A stretch of 63,632 bases of DNA, filler included, from Trichomonas gallinae (Eukaryota), in the NCBI GenBank assembly GCA_008369845.1. It is 9 parts of 9 records of this genome, joined end to end, with 100 filler letters (N's around TTAATTAATTAA, not from the genome) between each part and the next. Parts side by side here need not be neighbours in the genome. Positions count along the whole stretch, not along the records: positions 54,802 to 63,632 come from MRSU01001062.1; 8 more parts are not named here. One strand, written 5' to 3'. This document shows, in pieces, positions 55,879 to 63,632 of the stretch (its first letter is position 1; each line of letters begins with the position of its first letter). The notes under the pieces are model-generated. The model did no database searches. It saw only the letters and a program-made list of their open reading frames with translations, and was not told where the DNA came from. The position numbers and the translations under genes were made by a program.

Positions 55879-56877
55879 TCACATTATAATGATAACGCAA
55901 ATTAAAGACATAAGATTCATTATCGAGAAGTAATCGAATTTTTCACATGTGCAAAGATAACTTCGTGTTATTACTTTGGCGCAAAAATCTCTTTGTTCTT
56001 CTCCAACAGCAGTATTATTATAATTTTGATCAAAAGAGCAATCTATGGTTGTCCCAGAAGTGAACAGAGTTGATGGCAAGTCAGTGACACATCTTGTCAG
56101 CTCATACTCTGCATAAGGTGTAGCACCGGGTGATCGCTGAAATGCTGTGGTGATTTTTGGACATCTATAAACATAAACGTCACTTATTCTATGCGTAACA
56201 TTATTTCCAGTTGTGGCAAATAAATAAGCTGCAGTTCGACTGGACAGGAATATACAATAACTCAAATTACCTGGTGAAGAACTTTCAAATCTAAACAACG
56301 ACAAAACTCCAGTGTTATTATAGCTTCTCATAAATCTCATTGTATTGTTATCAGGATTCGCAGCAGTCGCACAGAGTCCATAAGCGGTCCGCAATGATAC
56401 TTCTTGATTCGTCGCATTCAAATTTTCGAAAATTAGCTCATTAGAGGCTCTATTCCACAAAGCATGATTAATTGCACGGCAATTTGACAAAGTATTAAAA
56501 TCAATTGTCAAATTTTCGCAAATTAACTGGAAATTACTATTATAGCCTGCTTCATTATCTAAGTAACACGATTTAAGCATCTGAACATCGGTAGCATGCG
56601 ATGCGTAAATACATCCACCACGATCTACAGCATAACATCGGGTGAATATACACGACTCAAAAAGTAGACTAGCACTAATATTACTGTAAACAGCACCTCC
56701 TTGATAAGTACTTCTGAAATTTGTAAAATATGAATTTGCGACATAATAAGTTTTTTCAGTAGTTAGATGAACTCTTTCATCAATAAAGGAGGTAAAATTT
56801 TGAAGTACATATGCAGAATTATTTAAATCATGATAGAATAGTCCATAATAGGACAATGCTTCCTTAAAATCTGTCAC
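55879..56877 (-). CDS. GGA/FxxC beta-helix-like surface-family protein, paralogue A (no 5' in-frame ATG)
   Basis: 332-codon open frame starting at GTG; GGAVY, FTRC and GGCIY motifs; Cys-rich segment and hydrophobic C-terminus; first ATG only at codon 100 (56580). Confidence 0.75.
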   Translation of the reverse strand: MTDFKEALSYYGLFYHDLNNSAYVLQNFTSFIDERVHLTTEKTYYVANSYFTNFRSTYQGGAVYSNISASLLFESCIFTRCYAVDRGGCIYASHATDVQMLKSCYLDNEAGYNSNFQLICENLTIDFNTLSNCRAINHALWNRASNELIFENLNATNQEVSLRTAYGLCATAANPDNNTMRFMRSYNNTGVLSLFRFESSSPGNLSYCIFLSSRTAAYLFATTGNNVTHRISDVYVYRCPKITTAFQRSPGATPYAEYELTRCVTDLPSTLFTSGTTIDCSFDQNYNNTAVGEEQRDFCAKVITRSYLCTCEKFDYFSIMNLMSLICVIIIM

Positions 56878-57057
56878 TTTTACTCTTTACATCAAAATCT
56901 TTGTTTTACATGACAAAAAACTGTCAATCTGAACTTTACATGACAGAAAACCATTTTTCATTTTACATGACAAAATTTATGGCTTTACATGACGAATTAT
57001 TTTGACAAATTTTAACATTATAAAAATTCTTGATTTAGATTTATCAAATTTAACATT

Positions 57058-58068
57058 TTACATTATGATTATTACGCCAATAAGACTTATAATATTCATG
57101 AATGCAAAATGATTGATTCTATCACATGTGCAAAGAAATGTTTCAGTAAGAATCTTGGCACAAAATTCCCTTTGTTCTTCTCCGACTGCTGAAATATTAT
57201 AATTTTGATCAAAAGAGCAATCAATTGCTGTTCCAGAAGCAAATAATGTCGAGGGTAAATCAGTAATGCATCTAGTCAATTCATATTTTGCAGCTGGTGA
57301 TAGACTCGTAGACACCGAAAATGCATTTTTGATTTTAGGACAGTTATAAACAAAGATATCACTTATCTTATGGACTGTATTATAGCCTGAGGTATCAAAA
57401 ATAAATTGAGCTTTTGAACTAGACAAGAAAATGGAATGACTCAAATTTCCTGGAGAGTTACTCTCAAATTTAATCAAAGATAAAACTCCCGTGTTATTGA
57501 AGCTTCTCAAAAATCTCATGGTATTATTATCAGGATGTTGAACCGTAGCACACAGTCCGTATGAGTTCGTTCGCGACACATCTTGATTGGAAACATTCAA
57601 ATTTTCAAAAAGCAAATAATTTAAGGCTCGATCCCACAATGCATGCGTTGTTGCTTGACAATTTGACAAAGTATTGAAATAGATTGTCAGATTATGGCTC
57701 TGTATCTGAAAGTTACTATTATATCCTGCAACATTATCGATGTAGCATGATTTCAGCATATGAGAATCAAGGCCTCTGTAAACGAATATACATCCACCTC
57801 TATCTACACAAAAACATCTGGTGAATGTACAAGACTCAAAATAATGGTCTACTGATACTTCACTAAATACTGCTCCTCCTCTATACGTAGAAGAAAAGTG
57901 TGAAAAATATGAATTATATACAGAAAGTGCATTTTCTTCAACATGCACACTTCGGTTAGTTGCAACAGAAAGAAAAGGCTGTAAAACATATGCAGAATTG
58001 TTTAAATCATGATAATATAATGTAAAGTTGTTTATGTAAAACACATAAATGTCACTTTTATTCGACAA
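57058..58068 (-). CDS. GGA/FxxC beta-helix-like surface-family protein, paralogue B (no 5' in-frame ATG)
   Basis: 336-codon frame starting at TTG, colinear tandem paralogue of 55879-56877; first ATG at codon 104 (57759). Confidence 0.75.
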   Translation of the reverse strand: MSNKSDIYVFYINNFTLYYHDLNNSAYVLQPFLSVATNRSVHVEENALSVYNSYFSHFSSTYRGGAVFSEVSVDHYFESCTFTRCFCVDRGGCIFVYRGLDSHMLKSCYIDNVAGYNSNFQIQSHNLTIYFNTLSNCQATTHALWDRALNYLLFENLNVSNQDVSRTNSYGLCATVQHPDNNTMRFLRSFNNTGVLSLIKFESNSPGNLSHSIFLSSSKAQFIFDTSGYNTVHKISDIFVYNCPKIKNAFSVSTSLSPAAKYELTRCITDLPSTLFASGTAIDCSFDQNYNISAVGEEQREFCAKILTETFLCTCDRINHFAFMNIISLIGVIIIM

Positions 58069-58739
58069 AATAACCTTAATTACTTCATCACACAGGTACT
58101 AATATAAGGATGGATTTATTCATAAAACTTAACCCATCTATAGCTATACTACCAAACAATTCATTTATCACTTTGTATTCTCGATAATCATTTTTCAAAT
58201 AAAATAAGTTTGGACTTTAGATGTTAACAAATATAAAATTATTTCGTAATAAAGTATAATAATTATTTTTGATAATGATAGTAGCAATCTGAACTGATTT
58301 GAATTTTTCTTAATTTTGGGGAACTTTGTTATATAATAATCTTCATGTGGTCAGTAACTAAATTTCTTCTCCATATTGAAATGTGTTTAGTTTAAAGATA
58401 TATTGTATCAAATAAATTAATTTCGTTATTCGACATACTTGAACGCATAGAATACATGGAACAGTATCAATTTCGCTCACCAAATGTAATATGTGCAATA
58501 TTAAGTATCTTCACATTTTATATTTGCAAACATACGTATGGAAGTAAAATCACTGATGAAAAAACTTTGTCAAGGACTATAAATGTTCTTTTGTGTTTTT
58601 GTCTTTTTTTTTGTTTAGGAACTTTGATGTATTTTAGTCAAATGTCAAAAAACATTTTTACATGTCATTTTTACATGTCAAAAATCTAAAATTTTGTAAA
58701 CTTGTGAATTTTTGCAGACAAAATTTTTTTGACCATTCC

Positions 58740-61700
58740 ATGTCTGTAAACAAAACAGTCCCGGACCCTCCGGATTGGTCATTTGGCAGCAGTAAGCCTC
58801 GAAATGCAGCTGCTCCAGCTGGAAATCCAGCAAATACTGCTACTTCAAAACCATTTGGTGCAAGCAGCTCACCATTTGGTGGAGGTAGTAGTCCTTTTGG
58901 CTCCAGTTCTTCTCCTTTTGGCAATACACAAACGCATCTTGGCCAAGGAGGTGGTGCAAATCCATTCAATAAAGTTTCAAATCCATTTGGTGCTAAACCA
59001 ATGCAACCATCGCCATCTAAGCCAGAAGAAACAGCGCAAAATACAAATCAAAATACAGAAAATTCAACACAAATTGCAAATCAAAATACAAATCAAGCGG
59101 CACCAACAGCAACTGTCCAATTACAATCAGGTATGGGTGGAAATGCTCCAACAAATCCATTTACAGCAAAATCTACAGGAATTTCATTCGGAACAAAATC
59201 TTCCAGTTCTGGCAACTCTCCATTTGGTCCAAAAGGATCAGCTACAGGTCAATCTCCATTCAGTTCAATGACATCTAATACTGGATCAACTACAAATCCA
59301 TTTTCATCAAAGTCAAGCGCAAGTCCATTTGGAGCTACTGGATCAGCTCAAAAACCAGCAGCATCGAATCCATTTGGAGCTACATCATCATCAGGTGTTA
59401 TAAGTCCATTTAGTTCTCAAAAACCCACAGGAGCGAATCCATTTGGAGCTGCATCATCATCTCCAGGAACTACAAATCCATTTGGAGCTGCATCATCATC
59501 TTCAGGTAATACGAATCCATTTGGAGCCAAGAAACAAACAGGAACAAGTCCTTTTGGAGCTGCTGTATCAACTTCAGGAGGCAAAAGTCCATTTGGAGTA
59601 CAAAAACAACCAGGGTCAAGTCCATTTGGTGCTCAATCTCCAAAACCTGCAATTGCAGCAGATAAGTCTCAGACAGCGAAACAAGAAGAGGAAAAACCAG
59701 ATTCTCCAAAACCAGAAGAACCAAAGAAAGAAGAAGCTAAGAAAGAAGAGCAACCAAAGAAACCAGAAGAAACTAAACTAAAAGCACAAGAAACACAACA
59801 ACCTAAAGTAGAAGAAAAGAAGCAAGAAGAGCCAAAGAAAGAAGAAACTAAGCAAGAGGAGAAAAAGGTTGAAGAAAAGAAACCAGCTGCACCAAAGAGC
59901 GAAGAACAAAAGAAGCCAAGTGCAGCAACACAACAACCAGCTGTACCAAAGACAGGCGAAGCACCAAAACCAGCCACAACTCAAGCTGTAAATCACCAGC
60001 TTTCTGTTACTCAAAGTTCTGTTGCTGTTGAACAAAAAGCAAGAGAAGATTTCACAGCAGAACCTGAGGCATCAAAAGTAGAAAATAAAGCAGATGATAA
60101 AAAATCAGAAGACAAAAAAGAGGAAGGAAATGAAAAGCCACAAGAACCAGAACCACCTAAGCCTGAACTTCCAAAGACTCAACTCCAGATGTCTGACTTG
60201 AGTCTTCTCTTAGGAATAATGAGCCACAGGAATAAAGTCGAAATACAACCAACTTTGAAAGACACTGATGATGGATTCTACTTGGATGATGTCCCACAAA
60301 CAAACAACAATGACTTGGACGCACTTTTCAAGAAGCTGCCATCACCAGATAAAAATATCAAATGGAGTCCATTAAATCCAGAAGGAATCTCAAAGCAGAA
60401 GATTCAAAACTCACAGAACATTCAAGCAGAAGTTTCGTCGATGTTAAGCGAGCTCACTAAAAAAGCAGACAAAGTTATCGAAGAGCATAAGACTGAGAAA
60501 TCAAAGAGTGTGCTCAAAGACTTGAAGGAGAAATCAAAGGAAATAAAGTTCAGAGTAAATTCCTTCAAACTTACTCCAAACGAACTCCATCGCGAGATCG
60601 ACTACTGCATGAATCACTGCCTTAACATTAAGCCAGAGATATACACAGCTTTGGGCATCGCCAAGAATGAAGTCTTCAGCGAACCACCGAAGGCATCATA
60701 TCCGATTGCAACAGCTTCTGTTAATAAATCAGGTCCTATTACTAAACCATCTTTGAGTCTTGGACAGAAAGAAAACGAAACATTACAAAAGCCTCCTGCA
60801 AAAGATGCTACCGAAGAAGCTGCAAATTCAACTGCTCTTGCAAAGTCATCATATATATCATCTAAACCAAGTATGGGACTTCTAGTAAATAAAGGAGGCG
60901 ATGCTTCAAAGCCTGCAACTGGAGGCTTTGGTGCAAAATTGGGGACATCAGCAAAGCCATTTAGCGGCTTTCCATTGAAAGAAGGGAATGCTCCTGCAGA
61001 ACAAAAACCAGCAACTAATGAAGGTGAAAAGAAAGAAGAAGCAAATTCAACTGCTCTTACAAAACCATCATCAACTGCTCTTACAAAGTCATCATTTACA
61101 TCTTCTAAACCAATAATGGGACTTCCAGCCAATAAGGGAGGCGATGCATCAAAGCCTGCAACTGTAGGCTTTGGTACAAAGATCGCAACATCAGCAAAAC
61201 CATTTAGCGGCTTTCCAAAGAAGGAAGGAAATGCTCCTGCCGAAGAAAAGCCAGCACCTAATGAAGTTGAAAAGAAAGAAGAAGCAAATTCAACTGCTCT
61301 TACAAAACCATCATTTACATCATCTAAACCAATAATGGGACTTCCAGGCAATAAGGGAGGCGATACATCAAAGCCTGCAATTGGAGGCCTTGGTGCAAAG
61401 TTCGCAACATCAGGTAAGCCACTTAGTGTCCCTCCAAAGAAGGAAGGAAATGCTCCTGCCGAAGAAAAGCCAGCATCTGGCAGCTCTCCAAAGAAGGAAG
61501 CAAGTGCATCTGCAGAAAATAAGCTAGCATCTGAATCAAATGAAAAGGAAGAGGAAGCTAATACATCTACTCCTACATTACCTCCCTCCACATCACCGAA
61601 GCCAGATGGATCAAAATTCTCTCTATCAAAGACTTTTGCATCTCCAACTCCAATCGCATCAGCTAAACCAAGTATCGGACTTCCAGGCAATAAGGAAGGC

Positions 61701-62003
61701 GATGCATCTAAGCCCGCATTCGGGAACTTTGGTGCAAAAATAGGAACAGCAACCAAGCCAGTAACTAACGAAAGTGAAAAGAAAGAAGGAACGAAATCTA
61801 CTTTCAGTCTTAAGACTAATACTCCATTTACTCAAACAGGAAAAACTCCTTCATTAGGAAACTCAAACAGTAGTAGCACATTCGGAAAAGTTGGTACATC
61901 AGGAGCGAATCCATTCAGCAGTTCTGGATCGAATCCATTCAACAAAACAGGAACAAATACATTCGGCAAACAACCATCAAATGGATTTGGTCAAAAATCT
62001 TAA
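58740..62003 (+). CDS. FG-repeat nucleoporin-like protein (SPFG/NPFG repeats)
   Basis: ATG 58740; many SPFG/NPFG repeats at the N-terminus, a KE-rich spacer, a central coiled coil, internal repeats and a C-terminal NPF/FG tail. Confidence 0.7.
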   Translation: MSVNKTVPDPPDWSFGSSKPRNAAAPAGNPANTATSKPFGASSSPFGGGSSPFGSSSSPFGNTQTHLGQGGGANPFNKVSNPFGAKPMQPSPSKPEETAQNTNQNTENSTQIANQNTNQAAPTATVQLQSGMGGNAPTNPFTAKSTGISFGTKSSSSGNSPFGPKGSATGQSPFSSMTSNTGSTTNPFSSKSSASPFGATGSAQKPAASNPFGATSSSGVISPFSSQKPTGANPFGAASSSPGTTNPFGAASSSSGNTNPFGAKKQTGTSPFGAAVSTSGGKSPFGVQKQPGSSPFGAQSPKPAIAADKSQTAKQEEEKPDSPKPEEPKKEEAKKEEQPKKPEETKLKAQETQQPKVEEKKQEEPKKEETKQEEKKVEEKKPAAPKSEEQKKPSAATQQPAVPKTGEAPKPATTQAVNHQLSVTQSSVAVEQKAREDFTAEPEASKVENKADDKKSEDKKEEGNEKPQEPEPPKPELPKTQLQMSDLSLLLGIMSHRNKVEIQPTLKDTDDGFYLDDVPQTNNNDLDALFKKLPSPDKNIKWSPLNPEGISKQKIQNSQNIQAEVSSMLSELTKKADKVIEEHKTEKSKSVLKDLKEKSKEIKFRVNSFKLTPNELHREIDYCMNHCLNIKPEIYTALGIAKNEVFSEPPKASYPIATASVNKSGPITKPSLSLGQKENETLQKPPAKDATEEAANSTALAKSSYISSKPSMGLLVNKGGDASKPATGGFGAKLGTSAKPFSGFPLKEGNAPAEQKPATNEGEKKEEANSTALTKPSSTALTKSSFTSSKPIMGLPANKGGDASKPATVGFGTKIATSAKPFSGFPKKEGNAPAEEKPAPNEVEKKEEANSTALTKPSFTSSKPIMGLPGNKGGDTSKPAIGGLGAKFATSGKPLSVPPKKEGNAPAEEKPASGSSPKKEASASAENKLASESNEKEEEANTSTPTLPPSTSPKPDGSKFSLSKTFASPTPIASAKPSIGLPGNKEGDASKPAFGNFGAKIGTATKPVTNESEKKEGTKSTFSLKTNTPFTQTGKTPSLGNSNSSSTFGKVGTSGANPFSSSGSNPFNKTGTNTFGKQPSNGFGQKS
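60812..61760 (+). repeat. About 220-245-bp internal coding repeats (3 full, 1 partial)
   Basis: Recurring EEANSTALTK..SSKP.MGLP.NKGGDASKPA.GGFGAK..TSAKPFSGFP.KEGNAPAE.KPA. Confidence 0.88.
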
Positions 62004-62886
62004 TTAAATATTTTTTTCATTAAATTTTCAAAATTTGTAATCATTGACAATTTGCTTTGTGATACTTGATCAGATTTGAAAATTTAATAAACTTTATTGC
62101 AAATAAAGTTCGAAAATCAAAAGAAATAGTGAAAAACTTCTATATAAAACATATGTCTATATATCAAAGTAATCTGTAGAGAGTGTTTTGACAGATAAAA
62201 TATATATTGCAATTTCTTCAGCAGGAAAATCTTTGTCTGATGGTTTTTTCCAAACGTGTTACATGAAATTCATATTATTTCTTCATGATATAGTCGATAT
62301 TAATAACTTGTTGCCGAAATCACAAGATTATGCATTCCATAAAAAAGTTGTTTATTTTTAATGTTACATCATCCTATGATGTAGACTACTATGTGAAATA
62401 GCACATGCTATAGTTAGTTTTCTATAAAAAAAAAAATCAAGTTGCTTATTATGAATATGAACATGTAGCTTCACTCCGAATCTTGCCATGAAGGCACATA
62501 AATATGTGGGGCATACAATGTATAAGCATAGCATTTATAAATATCATATTTATATAAAATAAGACGCATTCTTTGAGAGTGAAATTGACTGTGAACATTA
62601 TGATCACATATTATGTAAACATCTTAACTCTGAGTGATTACTCTCTTATATCAAACAAAATGTAAATTTATGTCAATGGTATTGAAATTTACTGCTTTGC
62701 TTACAAAATGACAAAAGAATACAGAGAAGACATATGATTGTTTGTAACATAGAAGCACATACTATAGTCATAGCAATATTACTTATTGTTGTATATGAGT
62801 AAAGTGTAGTGTGATTGTTTTTTGCCATGTAAAGTTTGCATTGTCAATTTTCATTTTCGAACAGAGTTTTTCGATTTTCATTTTTT

Positions 62887-63333
62887 ATGGAACTTGAATT
62901 AGAAAAGGCGAAGAGTGATGACGGCTTTTATTATTACTTCGCTTATGGCTCAAATATGAATTTGGAGCAAATGGAGTTCAGATGTCCAGCAGCTGTTAAA
63001 GTTGGACATGGAAAATTAAATTATTATCAAGTTGTCGAAGCTTTATATGCTGATATCGATGAAACAGAAGGAAAGATAGTGGATGGGCTCGTTTGGAAAG
63101 TAAATGCAACCGATTTAGCAAGTTTAGATAAATACGAAGGTTATAATTCTAATCCGAGAAGATATTTTAGATTTATTACTCCAATAACAGTCAATGGCAA
63201 TGAAATTCAATGCATAGTTTACAAAATGACAAAAGAATGCAGAGAAGAGCGAAGTGGGAAGCCTTATCCAGAAGCATACCGTTTAAGATGCAGAAAAGGT
63301 GCTGAAGATAACTCAATTCCTTCTGTTTACTAA
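62887..63333 (+). CDS. Gamma-glutamylcyclotransferase (GGCT/AIG2-like)
   Basis: YYFAYGSNMN..QM..RCP, VDGLVW and LDKYEGY (catalytic Glu); TCATT Inr before ATG 62887. Confidence 0.88.
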   Translation: MELELEKAKSDDGFYYYFAYGSNMNLEQMEFRCPAAVKVGHGKLNYYQVVEALYADIDETEGKIVDGLVWKVNATDLASLDKYEGYNSNPRRYFRFITPITVNGNEIQCIVYKMTKECREERSGKPYPEAYRLRCRKGAEDNSIPSVY

Positions 63334-63563
63334 ATGTGTTTGAATGAAATTTAATAAATCGCGCGATTATCAGATTTTATCTCTAGATTAGTAATATATA
63401 ACATATACTAAATGATCCGTACGCGTTCAGTTATTTTAATGAAATATTATGAGAAATAATAATTTTTTGGATTTTTTCATTATTTGTTTTGCAAATATTT
63501 AGTAAATCAGTAACACGTCAATAATTTAATATTGATTAAAAACAATATTTAAAAAAAAAAAAT

Positions 63564-63632
63564 TCAAACATCAACAGATTCTTTGCTGTCTTCGTTGTTG
63601 TCATTGTTGTTGTTGTTTGTGTTTGTGTTTGT
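63564..63632 (-). CDS. 3' end of a gene extending beyond the window
   Basis: Minus strand reads TNTNTNNNNNDNNEDSKESVDV then TGA, followed by a T-rich 3' UTR. Confidence 0.6.
   Translation of the reverse strand, partial: TNTNTNNNNNDNNEDSKESVDV

Noticed and set aside
60614..61756. 380-aa minus-strand ORF
   Set aside because: Antisense shadow of the codon-biased repetitive Nup-like gene; starts at TTG and mirrors its repeats.

Overview
AT-rich, essentially intronless eukaryotic DNA that looks like a trichomonad (Parabasalia; Trichomonas vaginalis or a close relative). The assignment is inferred from Inr (TCAYW) and AAAGTGAC core-promoter motifs just upstream of ATGs, a Pmp-like surface protein, a MIR-less PMT and a trichomonad-type nucleoside hydrolase. 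The window is nine contigs joined by eight artificial 100-nt spacers (44 N + TTAATTAATTAA + 44 N), so adjacency across gaps is not guaranteed. It holds about 35 protein genes, including a DOCK GEF, Pmp-like protein, EHD/dynamin-like NTPase, Ubc9, ESS2, nucleoside hydrolase, GT39, NOT2, CDC50, two USPs, Rac, GH38 mannosidase, SCAMP, GT61, an FG-nucleoporin-like protein and GGCT. It also contains tRNA-Glu(CTC), a Tc1/IS630 transposase fragment and a palindromic MITE. Most unusual: (1) members of a GGA/FxxC beta-helix-like surface-protein family have long open frames with no usable in-frame ATG at the 5' end, and in two tandem paralogues this ATG-less stretch shows synonymous divergence; (2) a degenerate Ras-like pseudo-GTPase domain is fused to the GH38 mannosidase; (3) a TG(A/T)C(A/G)N(A/G)TAAA motif is clustered in many promoters and also lies in the MITE terminal repeats; (4) an unannotated 54-aa microprotein. 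All family assignments are from motif recognition by eye; no database search was run.
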